A model generated the notes under the pieces. That model did no database searches, was not told the origin of the DNA, and worked only from the letters and a program-made list of their open reading frames with translations. Both the position numbers and the translations under genes were made by a program. From contig CBDCSU010000006.1 of NCBI GenBank assembly GCA_965221775.1, forward strand, positions 1,984,001 to 2,048,000: a DNA stretch of 64,000 bases. The letters run 5' to 3'. Positions 41,849 through 51,622 of the stretch are shown piece after piece. Positions within the stretch are counted from its first letter, which is position 1. Every line of letters starts with the position of its first letter. The stretch comes from Candidatus Latescibacterota bacterium (GTDB lineage Bacteria > Latescibacterota > UBA2968 > UBA8231).

Positions 41849-43411
41849 ATGATCCGAACCCTCGTACGCAAGGAGCTGCTGACCAACCTGCTCACCTTGC
41901 GTCTTGGCGTGGCCGTCATCTTCAGCGTCGTCCTGTCGGTGCTGACCACGTTCATCGGCACCGTGGACTACGCCCGCAACGTCGATGTCTACGAGCGCGA
42001 GATCCGGGAGTACGAAGAGGGCCTGGAGGAGGTCACCGTCTACTCCCAGATCGGCCCGCGGGTCATCGTGCCGCCCCAGCCCCTGGCCATCCTCTGCCGC
42101 GGCGTGGTGAGCACGGCGGGACAGTCGATCTGGATCAACCTCGACCAGGTGCCGGTGTCTGCCTGGGAGCTGGCCGAGAGCTTCGACAGCAACTTCATGC
42201 GAATCCTCGTGCAGATCGACTTCGCCACGGTGGTGGCCCTGCTGCTCAGCTTCCTCGCCGTCGTCCTCGGCTTCGACGGCATCTGCGGGGAGCGCGAGAG
42301 GGGCACCCTCAAGCAGCTCCTCGTCAACCCGGTTCCCCGGGCCCACGTGGTCCTGGCCAAGCTGCTGGGCGGCATGATCTCCCTGTGGATCCCCTTCGCC
42401 CTGGCCTTCGTCCTCTCCCTGCTCATCCTGGTGGCCCACCCCGACGTGCACCTGGCCGGTAGCGACTGGGTGCGTCTCGGTGTCTTCTTCGTTCTCTCCT
42501 GCCTGTTCCTCGGCCAGGTCTTCGCCCTGAGCCTGATGGTCTCCTCCCTGGTCCGCGGCACCGACACGGCGCTCATCATCTGCCTCTTCGCCTGGCTGGT
42601 GGGCGGCGTGGGATACATCAACGTCCTGCCCTCCCTCAGCCGCTACGGGGTGAAGGCCCCGCCCGCCGACGAGTTCCGCGACCAGAACCGCCAGCTCTGG
42701 AACGAGTTCGAGAGGACGATGGAGGAGTGGGACGGGAGGAACCCCCCTCCGCCGCCCGCCTATCTCAAGGGCCTGGAGCGAGGCCGCGTGCTGCGCTACG
42801 CCCATCCCGCGGGCTACGAGTGGATGCAGCGGAGGTACGCCGCCGCCATGGACAAGCGCCTGGAGCTGGCCGACCGCCGCTACCGCTACCAATGGGCCAA
42901 CTGGGGGCCCCTGGCGCGGATGAGCTACATCGTCGACGAGTGGTCGATCCTGTCGCCCTTCACCAACTACCAGGTGCTCTCCTACCTGCTGGCGCGCACC
43001 ACCCTGGACGACCGCTTCCACCTGGTCGAGGAGGGCCGCGACTACCGCCGGACCTGGATCGAGTACCTGCGCGGAAAGGATGCCTTCGCCAGCCGCCGCT
43101 GGTTCAGCGACGATCCCGAGGGCCAGGAGCCGATGATCGCCGATCCGTCGTCGGTGACCGAGGCGATGCTGGCTGCCGACGCCCCGTTCATGCGAGAGCG
43201 CATGGCCTGGGCGGAGGCCCGGGAACAGGCTCGGTCCGCCGCCGCCGTGGGGCTGGACCTGACGGACATGCCCCGCTTCGGCGGCCCTTGGCAGCGATCC
43301 CTCGGCGCCTCCTTCGGGGTGATGATGCCGGGCCTCGCCATCCTGGTCCTGAGCTTCGGCCTGGCGGTGATGGTCACCATCTCGCGTTTCCTGCGCTACG
43401 ATCCTCGCTGA
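41849..43411 (+). CDS. ABC-2 type transporter permease
   Basis: MIRTLVRKELL, GFDGICGERERGTLKQLLVNPVPR...LAKLLG, several TM helices and large soluble loops. Confidence 0.88.
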   Translation: MIRTLVRKELLTNLLTLRLGVAVIFSVVLSVLTTFIGTVDYARNVDVYEREIREYEEGLEEVTVYSQIGPRVIVPPQPLAILCRGVVSTAGQSIWINLDQVPVSAWELAESFDSNFMRILVQIDFATVVALLLSFLAVVLGFDGICGERERGTLKQLLVNPVPRAHVVLAKLLGGMISLWIPFALAFVLSLLILVAHPDVHLAGSDWVRLGVFFVLSCLFLGQVFALSLMVSSLVRGTDTALIICLFAWLVGGVGYINVLPSLSRYGVKAPPADEFRDQNRQLWNEFERTMEEWDGRNPPPPPAYLKGLERGRVLRYAHPAGYEWMQRRYAAAMDKRLELADRRYRYQWANWGPLARMSYIVDEWSILSPFTNYQVLSYLLARTTLDDRFHLVEEGRDYRRTWIEYLRGKDAFASRRWFSDDPEGQEPMIADPSSVTEAMLAADAPFMRERMAWAEAREQARSAAAVGLDLTDMPRFGGPWQRSLGASFGVMMPGLAILVLSFGLAVMVTISRFLRYDPR

Positions 43412-43426
43412 GTCGGGAGCGGTCCC

Positions 43427-44821
43427 ATGGGAGCGATCTTCCTCCACCAGCTGCGCGACAACCTGCAGTCGCTGCGCTTCCAGATCAGCCTGGTCATCCT
43501 GCTGCTGTTCTTCGGGGCCAACGGCGTCATCTACACCATGAAGACGGGCCACCTCGCCGACGAAGTGACCCGCATCACCCGCCTCAACGAAGAGCGCTAC
43601 GGGCGCGTGGAGACCACGGCGGATGCGGCCTCCACCAGCTACAAGATCCGCTGCGCCGAGGTGGGCACCGAGTTCATGGCCGAGGCCGGCTCCGACTGGT
43701 TCCGCTACGCCATGTACGTCAACCCGGCTTCCGGCGAGATCCCCGGCTTCGCCAGCTCGCGCACCACCAACCGCTGGATGCGCCGTTTCGAAGTCGTGGA
43801 CTGGGCCGTCATCGTGCGCTACGTGCTCTCCTTCCTGTGCGTCGTCCTGGCCTACAACGCCGTCTGCGGAGAGCGCGAGAACGGCACCCTGTTGCTGGTG
43901 CTGACCAACTCCCTGTCCCGCGGCCGATTCCTGCTGGCCAAGGTCGGCGCCCATCTGGTCACCCTGCTCGCCGCCACCGCGGCGGGCAGCCTGCTCAGTC
44001 TGCTCGTCCTCGTCCTCGGAGGGGTGCTCGAGCCGGACGGTGAGGTGTGGCTGAGCTACGCCTTCTTCCTGCTGGGCACCACCCTTTTCATCACCCTCTT
44101 CCTGCTGCTGTCCACGGGCATCTCGGCCCTGGCCCGCAGCTCGGCCTCCTCCCTGGTGCTGCTGGTCACCGCCTGGACCGTGCTGATGGTGGTCATCCCG
44201 CAGACCTCGTACCTGGCGGCGGTGACGGCGGTGAAGTCACCGGGCGGGACCTGGCAACAGATCGACACCCACGAGAGGGAGGTGCGCACGGCCCTGCAGC
44301 GGGAGGGGGTCGAGCCGCGGCCCCCGGAGCTGGCCCGGGCCGATGACTTCGCCCTGGAGAAGCGCTACGCGCAGCGCATCCAGGAGATGGAGAAGGGCAA
44401 GGACCGCATCCGCCTGGAGGCGCTGGACCAGGAGATCCGGCAGTTCGAGGTCGCCCGGACCGTGAACATGCTGTCCCCCGGGTTCGCCTTCCAGTACTCC
44501 CTGGAGGCGTTGCTGCGCAACGGCATCGAGCGCTTCCGCAGCTTCACCCGCCAGGGCTGGGACTACCGCGAGACCCTGCGCGAGTTCCTGCGCGCCCGCG
44601 ACGCGGCCGACGCAGACTCGCCCCACGTGCTGTTTCTGGGGGACTACATGTCGCAGGAGAAGCTGGACCCGCGCCACATCCCGCGCTTCGAGGCGGTCCC
44701 CCTGCCGCTGGGGGAGAGCGTGGCCGCCGGCGTGGCGCCGATTCTGATCCTGGTGCTGGAGACGGGGCTGGCCTTCTTCTTTGCCTTGTGGGCCTTCAAC
44801 CGGGCGGAGGTGGCGGGGTAG
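43427..44821 (+). CDS. ABC-2 type transporter permease (paralog)
   Basis: AYNAVCGERENGTLLLVLTNSLSR...LAKVG; C-terminal FNRAEV. Confidence 0.88.
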   Translation: MGAIFLHQLRDNLQSLRFQISLVILLLFFGANGVIYTMKTGHLADEVTRITRLNEERYGRVETTADAASTSYKIRCAEVGTEFMAEAGSDWFRYAMYVNPASGEIPGFASSRTTNRWMRRFEVVDWAVIVRYVLSFLCVVLAYNAVCGERENGTLLLVLTNSLSRGRFLLAKVGAHLVTLLAATAAGSLLSLLVLVLGGVLEPDGEVWLSYAFFLLGTTLFITLFLLLSTGISALARSSASSLVLLVTAWTVLMVVIPQTSYLAAVTAVKSPGGTWQQIDTHEREVRTALQREGVEPRPPELARADDFALEKRYAQRIQEMEKGKDRIRLEALDQEIRQFEVARTVNMLSPGFAFQYSLEALLRNGIERFRSFTRQGWDYRETLREFLRARDAADADSPHVLFLGDYMSQEKLDPRHIPRFEAVPLPLGESVAAGVAPILILVLETGLAFFFALWAFNRAEVAG

Positions 44822-44852
44822 ACGCAGCGGATCGAAACCCCGGATTCACTCC

Positions 44853-46214
44853 ATGCAGATAGAGCGTTTCTTCGACGAACTGTCTCCGCGCTTGGAAACC
44901 GCAAGGGGTCTGGAACGGGAGCTCGACCAGAACTTGGCACGCAAATTCAACGTTCTCGACTACTTGAGAACGGATGAATTGGGGCTCTCCCGGATCATCG
45001 CGGATCTGGTCAACCCCAAGGCGAGCCATGGTCAAGGGGTGATGTTTCTCCGGACCCTTCTGGAGAATCTGGAGTGCTTTGGGGAGACTCTACGCTGGCC
45101 CGACCTCCATAGAGCATCAGTTCAGTGCGAGGAGAAGATCACCGGCGAGCGAAGGATCGACGTGGTGGTGAGATTCAATGGGCCGGATGGAGAAGTCCAT
45201 TGTCTGGCCTTGGAGAACAAGCCCTACGCCCTCGATCAGGAGAGCCAGGTCAGGGACTACCTCGAACATCTCAAGAGGAATGATCGGTTTCTCCTGATCT
45301 ACCTGTCGCCCCGGGGCGAAGGGCCGTCAGAGTTGAGTATCCCCAAAGATGAGTTGAAGAAGTGGAAGAACCGCTTTGTTATCATGCCCTACGTGGGAGC
45401 GCAAGAGGAGAGGAAGGACGGATTCGATACCTATCGCCTTCGGCATTCCCTCGCCGACTGGCTCGGCGAGTGCCGGAAGAACTGCGAAGTCGATCGGTTG
45501 CGCTGGTTTCTCGCGGACGTGGAGAGATTCTGTCAAGGAACATTCGGAGGGCAAGCGATGCCTGCTGATAGTGAGACCAAGGCCGTCGAGGATTTCGTGC
45601 AGGATCCGGACAAGCTGAGAACCGCTGAAGCGGTGTACAGGTCCTGGCCTGCCATCAAGCAGAAAGTATGCCGAAAGTTCCATGAGCAGCTGTGTTCCGC
45701 CATCGATGGGAGGGCAAGGAACAGTATGGTGCTGAAGAACATGCAGGTGAAGCACCCGAAGGAAGCTGACCACGAGGAGTACTGGATCTGCATGTATCGG
45801 GAGCGTTGGCCCCAGTACGAAGGAGCAGGGGAGACCATTGGAGACAGGCGCACCGCTATCCTTCTGATCAATGAGAAGAGCGGGCCGAACGATTGGTTCA
45901 TTGGTGTTGCGAGTCCAATGCCGAGGAGTGAGATGAAGGACAGGGACCAGGAGCGACGAATCAAGCTGGAGGAAAGACTTGGGGCCAAGTTCATGAGCAA
46001 GAAGACTGCCCCTTGGTTCCCATGGTGGATGTGGGTGAAGGGGGAAGTGCGAAACTGGGAGTCCGTGGTTCCGAAACTTCACGAGGAGAATCAGGCCCAC
46101 AAGGGAGGCCAGATAGCCGGCCAGATCACCAGGTACTTCGTCGACAAGTTCATCGAGATTGCGGAGGAGGCGGTACCGATCATCGACGACATCGAAGGCC
46201 CCGGCAAGACCTGA
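44853..46214 (+). CDS. PD-(D/E)XK nuclease family protein
   Basis: DELGLSRIIADLVNPKASHGQG..FL, RRIDVV, ALENKPYA.DQ..Q..DY; visibly lower GC than the flanks. Confidence 0.82.
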   Translation: MQIERFFDELSPRLETARGLERELDQNLARKFNVLDYLRTDELGLSRIIADLVNPKASHGQGVMFLRTLLENLECFGETLRWPDLHRASVQCEEKITGERRIDVVVRFNGPDGEVHCLALENKPYALDQESQVRDYLEHLKRNDRFLLIYLSPRGEGPSELSIPKDELKKWKNRFVIMPYVGAQEERKDGFDTYRLRHSLADWLGECRKNCEVDRLRWFLADVERFCQGTFGGQAMPADSETKAVEDFVQDPDKLRTAEAVYRSWPAIKQKVCRKFHEQLCSAIDGRARNSMVLKNMQVKHPKEADHEEYWICMYRERWPQYEGAGETIGDRRTAILLINEKSGPNDWFIGVASPMPRSEMKDRDQERRIKLEERLGAKFMSKKTAPWFPWWMWVKGEVRNWESVVPKLHEENQAHKGGQIAGQITRYFVDKFIEIAEEAVPIIDDIEGPGKT

Positions 46215-46232
46215 ACCCGAACCCCCGACCTC

Positions 46233-46631
46233 TCAGGACTCCCCCCCGACCCACGCCCGAGAGGCCGCCATCCCGGCGGCGGCCGCCAGCAGGCAGCCGC
46301 CGACGCTCAGGCCGATGTTGGCCAGCATGGCGGTCCAGCGCCCCTCGTTCCACAGCTGGAGCGACTCGTAGCTGAAGGCCGAGAACGTGGTGAAGCCTCC
46401 GAGGAAGCCCGCCATCACCAGCAACCGCACGGCGGGGGCGGCGGTCACCCGGTCGGCGAGAACCGGCCCGAGGAAGCCGATCGCCAGGGAGCCGAGGACG
46501 TTCACCGCCAGCGTGCCATAGGGGAAGGACCCGGCGTGGGCGGCAACCCATCCGCCCAGGAGATACCTCCCGGCGGAGCCGAAGAACCCGCCCAGGCCGA
46601 CCACCGCCGCGTCCCTCAACCAGTCGCTCAT
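46233..46631 (-). CDS. crcB: Fluoride efflux channel FluC/CrcB
   Basis: GGFFGSAGRY, FPYGTLAVNVLGS, GFLGGFTTFSAF. Confidence 0.95.
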   Translation of the reverse strand: MSDWLRDAAVVGLGGFFGSAGRYLLGGWVAAHAGSFPYGTLAVNVLGSLAIGFLGPVLADRVTAAPAVRLLVMAGFLGGFTTFSAFSYESLQLWNEGRWTAMLANIGLSVGGCLLAAAAGMAASRAWVGGES

Positions 46632-46696
46632 CCTCGGACCTCTTTCCTCCGGGGAGAAGGTGGGCCGGGGCCGGCCGCAGGGAAAGAAGGGCAGCA

Positions 46697-47434
46697 ATGA
46701 CAGAGCGGTCCTACGACCCGGTCGTGCGCCGGGTGGAGGCTCTGGCGAGTCGGGACCGGACGGTGGAGACCATCGGGACGGTCGAGAGCCATCCGGTCCA
46801 CTGCATCCGGGCGGGCCACCCCGGGAGGCTGCGGGTCCTGCTCACCGGCGGGGTCCACGGTGACGAACCGGCCGGAGTGGAGGCGGTCCTGCGCTTCCTC
46901 GAGCGGGACATGGACCCGTGGCTCGGGCAGGTGGAGTTCACCGCCATGCCTTGCATCAATCCCGTGGGGTACGTGAGGGACACGCGCGACAACGGGGGCG
47001 GCGCCGACGTCAACCGCTCCTTCGAGAGCGACGACGTGCCCGAGGTACGGCTGGTCAAGCAGGTGCTGGCGGGATGCCGGGTCGACGCCTTTGTCGACTG
47101 CCACGAGGACTGGGAAGCCGACGGCTTCTACATGTACGAGGGACCGCGCCAAGGCCGCGCGGTGGGACCGGCTGTCATCGCCGCGGTGGAAGAGCGGGCC
47201 TCCATCGACCCGGACAGCGGCGAGGACAGCGAGCCGGTGTCGCGGGGGGTGTACGAGATCTCCCCGTCCTGGGGCCGGCAGGGGCTGGGGCCCTATGTCC
47301 TGCACGGACACGCCGCCCGCGCATGCATCTTCGAGACGCCGACGAAGTGGCCGCTGGAGCAACGGGCGGCCGTGCACCGGGTGGCGCTCGATGCCGCCCT
47401 GCGCCATTGGACAGGAGAGCCGGCGGGGGGCTGA
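46697..47434 (+). CDS. M14-like zinc carboxypeptidase (succinylglutamate desuccinylase/aspartoacylase family)
   Basis: TGGVHGDEPAG, NPVGY, DVNRSF, DCHED, FETP. Confidence 0.85.
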   Translation: MTERSYDPVVRRVEALASRDRTVETIGTVESHPVHCIRAGHPGRLRVLLTGGVHGDEPAGVEAVLRFLERDMDPWLGQVEFTAMPCINPVGYVRDTRDNGGGADVNRSFESDDVPEVRLVKQVLAGCRVDAFVDCHEDWEADGFYMYEGPRQGRAVGPAVIAAVEERASIDPDSGEDSEPVSRGVYEISPSWGRQGLGPYVLHGHAARACIFETPTKWPLEQRAAVHRVALDAALRHWTGEPAGG

Positions 47435-47449
47435 CACAAGAGGTCGCCT

Positions 47450-49024
47450 TCACATCCCCCAAACCTCGATCCCCGCCCCGCCGGCCGATCTCCGGCGATC
47501 GTGAAACACCTTGTCCTCCCAAGGCCTGTCCTCGCGCCGGTCGAAGATCACCAGGTGCCCCGCTTCGGCCCCGCAGCGATCCATGTATCCCGCCGTCTGT
47601 TCCACCCCCTCGGCGACCGTCCGCTCCAGGCTTCCGTGCAGAATCTTGCACTCGACCACTACCCTGAGCGTCCCTTCGCCCTGGGGCCATACAATGAGCA
47701 GGTCCGTCCGTCCCCGTCCCAACCCGTACTCCCGCTCGATCCGCCCGCCGCTGTTCACGATGCGCTGCAGGAAGGCCTGAAGCAGAAGCTGCGGTCCCGC
47801 CTCCTGGTACTGAAACCGCCCCACCCAATGCTCGGAGTGTTGGCGGAAGAACGCCTGGAAGGCCGACATCAGCCTGTCCAAATCCAGGCCCCCCTCGGCA
47901 TCCACGTACCACGCTGATTCCTGCTCGAATTCCTCCTGCACCACCCACGTCAGCTCGCGCGGAACAACCTCGGCGTAGATCGGATTGGCCATGCGCAACG
48001 GACGATCCTGGGCAATCAGACCCAGATCGCGCGCGTACTCCAGATCGCGGTCGCCAAAGCGGCGCTCTTCGCCGCCGCTCAGCAGCGGCTCCACCACCCG
48101 CCGCACGCGCTCCTCCTTGAGCTTGTCGGCCAACTGATCCAGGTGCGTCTCGCGGCGGAGGATCAGCTGCTCCTGCGCGTCGAGGATGGCCCCGGCTTCC
48201 ACCGGGTGGCTCCGGTCTCGCCCAGCCGCGCTCCTGAAGCAGGTCTCATAGGCCAGGGCGTTGACAAGCCACGGCTGCCCCCGGGTCTGCTCCCAGATCG
48301 TCTCCAGGGCGTCGTCCGTGAAGACCTGGCCCGTTTCCGCCGTGTGTTGCGCCAACAGGGTCCGCATCTCCCCGGCGCTGAAGTCGCCCAGCCGCAGCGA
48401 TTCGGCCTTGATGTTGAAGGCGCTGCCTCCGGCGATCATCGCATTCTCGGCGGTCGATTGAATCCGGTAATCGCGCACATCCCGCACTCCGCACAACACC
48501 ACGCTCTGCGGAAAGCCATCGGGCCGCAGATCGTAGCCGGCCCGCAACTGGCGCAGCACCGCCAACAGCGAATCCCCGATCAGGGAATCGATTTCGTCGA
48601 TCAGCAGCACCAGTGGCTCGGGGCTGGCCTCGGCCCAGCGCGTCAGGGCCTCGCGCAAGGCCCCCGCTCCAAACTCGGCGAAGATTCCAGCCCATGTCCG
48701 GGTCAGGAATTCGTCGCCCAGCGTCAGGCGCGCCCGGGAAGCCAAGTCGCCCAGGATAAGCTGGGTGGCTCGATCCACATCTTCGCGCATGGCTTGGGCG
48801 GCCTCCACGTTGACGTACACGCAGCGGTAGCCGCCTTCGGCGTTGATCAGGTCGCGCAGGGCCAGCAGCGAAGAGGTCTTGCCCGTCTGGCGCGGCGCGT
48901 GGAGGACGGAGTATTTCTCATCGCGGAGCAGCGCGCGAACCTCGGCGAGGTTCAGCCGGTCCAGCGGAGGGAGGCAGTAGTGCTTGTCGGGTTTGACCGG
49001 ACCAGCGGTGTTGAAGAAACGCAT
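47450..49024 (-). CDS. AAA-type ATPase with C-terminal PD-(D/E)XK-like domain
   Basis: MRFFNTAGP, Walker A HAPRQTGKTS, Walker B LLIDEID, TRGQPWLVN, EREYGLGRGRTDLL...VECK. Confidence 0.88.
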   Translation of the reverse strand: MRFFNTAGPVKPDKHYCLPPLDRLNLAEVRALLRDEKYSVLHAPRQTGKTSSLLALRDLINAEGGYRCVYVNVEAAQAMREDVDRATQLILGDLASRARLTLGDEFLTRTWAGIFAEFGAGALREALTRWAEASPEPLVLLIDEIDSLIGDSLLAVLRQLRAGYDLRPDGFPQSVVLCGVRDVRDYRIQSTAENAMIAGGSAFNIKAESLRLGDFSAGEMRTLLAQHTAETGQVFTDDALETIWEQTRGQPWLVNALAYETCFRSAAGRDRSHPVEAGAILDAQEQLILRRETHLDQLADKLKEERVRRVVEPLLSGGEERRFGDRDLEYARDLGLIAQDRPLRMANPIYAEVVPRELTWVVQEEFEQESAWYVDAEGGLDLDRLMSAFQAFFRQHSEHWVGRFQYQEAGPQLLLQAFLQRIVNSGGRIEREYGLGRGRTDLLIVWPQGEGTLRVVVECKILHGSLERTVAEGVEQTAGYMDRCGAEAGHLVIFDRREDRPWEDKVFHDRRRSAGGAGIEVWGM

Positions 49025-49111
49025 CGCGGAAGCTCCTCATGCCTGCGGGCGGAAAACTCCGGGCCGTTCATCGGTCGCCGGATGGTGCCACCTACCTCCG
49101 CCGATGCTACA

Positions 49112-50269
49112 TCAACCAGCGCGATGAACAGCAGTCGCTTCATGGCCCTCCGGCGTCTGAACCAGGGTGAGCACGGCGATCTCGGAAGGGGCGCCGAGCC
49201 GCAACGGCGGTCCCCAGTAGCCGGTGCCCCGGTGGACGTAGATCCAGGTGTCGCGAACCTTGTGCAGGCCCGCGATGAAGGGCTGCTGCAGGCGCACGGC
49301 GTACTTCCAGGGGACGAACTGGCCGCCGTGAGTGTGACCCGACAACTGCAGGTGGCAGCCGGCGCGGCTGGCCGCCTCTATGCTGCGCGGCTGGTGAGCG
49401 AGGAGGATCCGCACGTCGGCGCCGTCGCTGCCGGCGAGGGCCCCGGCCGGGTCCGACGCGTGGCCGGGGACCATCTCGCCGGCGCTGAAGTCGGTGGCCC
49501 CGGCCACGGCGAGCCGTCCGCCGCCGCGGTCGATGTGGCGCACCTCGTTGATCAGGACGTCGAAGCCGAGGCGCCGGGCCTGGGCGGTCCACTCCTCCAC
49601 GCCCGAGTAGTACTCGTGGTTGCCGGTGCAGTAATAGACCCCGAGGGGGGCGGCGAGCCGGCCCAGGGCCGCCGTGTGCGGGGCGAGCTGTTGGACGGTG
49701 CCGTCGGCGAGATCGCCGGTGAAGGCGATCAGGTCCGGCTGCAACTCCTGGACCCTGGAGACGAGGCGCTCCACGAAGGGGCCCTTGATCGTTGGGCCCA
49801 CGTGGAGATCGCTGATCTGGACGATGCGCAGCCCCGCGAGCGCGGGAGGCAGGTCCGCCACCGGGACATCGATCCGGCGGACCGCCGGAGTGCGCCGGGC
49901 CTGGTAGTAGCCAAAGGCCGCCACGCCCAGGGCGAGGGAGAAGGTCGCCAGGTCGATTCCCGCGTTGAGCCCGGGGTCGATGGGGGTGACCAGCCCCAGA
50001 AGCAGGCCCCCCAGATCGCGCAGGACCAGCAGCGTCGAGGAGACGATGAAGAAGCCCATGCCCAGGTAGGCGACCCAGGAGAGGGGATCGCTGAGCCAGG
50101 CAAGGCGGGCACGGGAGCGCAGGCGGAAGAGCAGAAAGGGCAGGAGGAGGAGGAGGACCAACGCCGATGCCGCTCCGGTCTGAGCGGGGAGAGGCAGGTA
50201 GGGGATGAGGCGCCAGCCCGAGTAGGCGTAGACGGAGGCGAGCAGCGACAGGAAGAACAGCACCAACAT
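49112..50269 (-). CDS. Membrane-anchored metallophosphoesterase (YkuE-like)
   Basis: N-terminal TM helices; SDLH, TGDLAD, GNHE, LAHQP, SGHTHGGQ, GTGYWGPPLRLGAPSEI. Confidence 0.92.
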   Translation of the reverse strand: MLVLFFLSLLASVYAYSGWRLIPYLPLPAQTGAASALVLLLLLPFLLFRLRSRARLAWLSDPLSWVAYLGMGFFIVSSTLLVLRDLGGLLLGLVTPIDPGLNAGIDLATFSLALGVAAFGYYQARRTPAVRRIDVPVADLPPALAGLRIVQISDLHVGPTIKGPFVERLVSRVQELQPDLIAFTGDLADGTVQQLAPHTAALGRLAAPLGVYYCTGNHEYYSGVEEWTAQARRLGFDVLINEVRHIDRGGGRLAVAGATDFSAGEMVPGHASDPAGALAGSDGADVRILLAHQPRSIEAASRAGCHLQLSGHTHGGQFVPWKYAVRLQQPFIAGLHKVRDTWIYVHRGTGYWGPPLRLGAPSEIAVLTLVQTPEGHEATAVHRAG

Positions 50270-50283
50270 GACAGGGCCTGTCT

Positions 50284-51474
50284 TCAGGCTCCGGTGGCTG
50301 TGGAGGACAGGGGCTCGGTGCCCTCGTCGAGCACGGCGAGGTACTCGCGGTAGACGAAGACCCTGTTGCGGCGGCCGCCGGTAACCTCCGTGGCGATGTC
50401 GAGGTCGCACAGCCGCTGAAGCCCGGTCCCGACCGTGGGGGCCGAGAGGCCCGTGCGCTCGACGACCCGCGCCACGTTGACGACGACCAGTTCGGCGAGA
50501 GCCTCGTGGATCCGGAGCGCCGAGTTCGCGCCCCGGCCGCTGGCGGCGATTCTCGATCGATCGCCCGAGGCCATGCTCAGCAGGCGCTGGGCGGTCTCGC
50601 GGGCGGAGGTGGCTACCGCGGCGACTCCCTCGAGAAAGAACTCGAGCCAGGACTCCCAGTCGCCGGTGCGCCGGACGGTGCCGAGCAGGTCGTAGTAGCG
50701 GTCGCGGTGCTTCTTGAAGTACAGGCTGAGATACAACACGGGCGACGAGAGCAGCCCGCGGTCGATCAGCATGAGGATGATCAGCATCCTTCCGGTGCGG
50801 CCGTTGCCGTCCATGAAGGGATGGATGGTCTCGAACTGGACGTGCGCCAGGCCGGCGCGCACCAGCGCCGGCAGACCGTCATCCACAGCGTGGACGAAGC
50901 GTTCCAGGTCGGACATGGCCGCGGCCGCCTCTGCCGGAGGGGGCGGGACGAAGGCGGCGTTCCCCGGCCGAGTCCCGCCGATCCAGTTCTGGGAGCGGCG
51001 GAACTCGCCCGGCCGCATGTGGCCGCCGCGGGCATCGGTGAGAAGGATCTGGTGCGCCTCGCGCAGCAGGCGGTTGCACAAGGGCAAGCCATCCTGGCCG
51101 GCGAGCCGGGTGGTGGCGTGGTCGACGGCCGCCACGTAGCGGGACACCTCGCGAAGATCGTCGAGGGGTGCACCCGGAGAACGGGCGGACTCGAAGCGCA
51201 GGAGGTCGGACAGGGAGGACTGCGTACCCTCGATCTGGGAGGACAGGACGGCTTCCTTGCGCACGTAGCTGTAGATGAACAGACCAGGGTCGGGCAGGAG
51301 GGAGGCCGCACCGTCCAGCCGCCCGAGGGCATGGGTCGCCTCCTCGAGGAGCACCTGCAGAGGCCCCGTCATCCGGAGGGGCGGCTCGGGCGGCAACGGC
51401 CGGGGAACGAAGGCTCGCACCTCTTCGTCGCCATGGGATGTGACCAGGTAGTCCCCGGTCGGACCGCGGTTCAT
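50284..51474 (-). CDS. Fic family protein with C-terminal HTH
   Basis: Canonical HPFMDGNGRTGR; N-terminal SSQIEG inhibitory motif; PGEFRRSQNWIGG. Confidence 0.93.
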   Translation of the reverse strand: MNRGPTGDYLVTSHGDEEVRAFVPRPLPPEPPLRMTGPLQVLLEEATHALGRLDGAASLLPDPGLFIYSYVRKEAVLSSQIEGTQSSLSDLLRFESARSPGAPLDDLREVSRYVAAVDHATTRLAGQDGLPLCNRLLREAHQILLTDARGGHMRPGEFRRSQNWIGGTRPGNAAFVPPPPAEAAAAMSDLERFVHAVDDGLPALVRAGLAHVQFETIHPFMDGNGRTGRMLIILMLIDRGLLSSPVLYLSLYFKKHRDRYYDLLGTVRRTGDWESWLEFFLEGVAAVATSARETAQRLLSMASGDRSRIAASGRGANSALRIHEALAELVVVNVARVVERTGLSAPTVGTGLQRLCDLDIATEVTGGRRNRVFVYREYLAVLDEGTEPLSSTATGA

Positions 51475-51552
51475 GTGTTCCTCGACGGGCGGTCAGGCTC
51501 CGTGTGACGTGGGCCGCCCTTGTGAAAGGTTCTTGCGTTCCATGCCACTCAA

Positions 51553-51599
51553 TGTAAATTCAAAGCGCAAATTTACACAAGGCCACCGCCAAGTAAACT
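51553..51599. promoter_or_regulatory. AT-rich palindrome and putative promoter between fic and the barrel gene
   Basis: TGTAAATT-N9-AATTTACA (51553..51577) overlapping plus-strand TTTACA-N16-TAAACT. Confidence 0.55.
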
Positions 51600-51622
51600 A
51601 ATCTTCGTCGACGAGAGATCAG

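Noticed and set aside
46632-46696. Fluoride riboswitch upstream of crcB
   Set aside because: The 65-nt gap lacks the GGCGATGG...CTGATG consensus.
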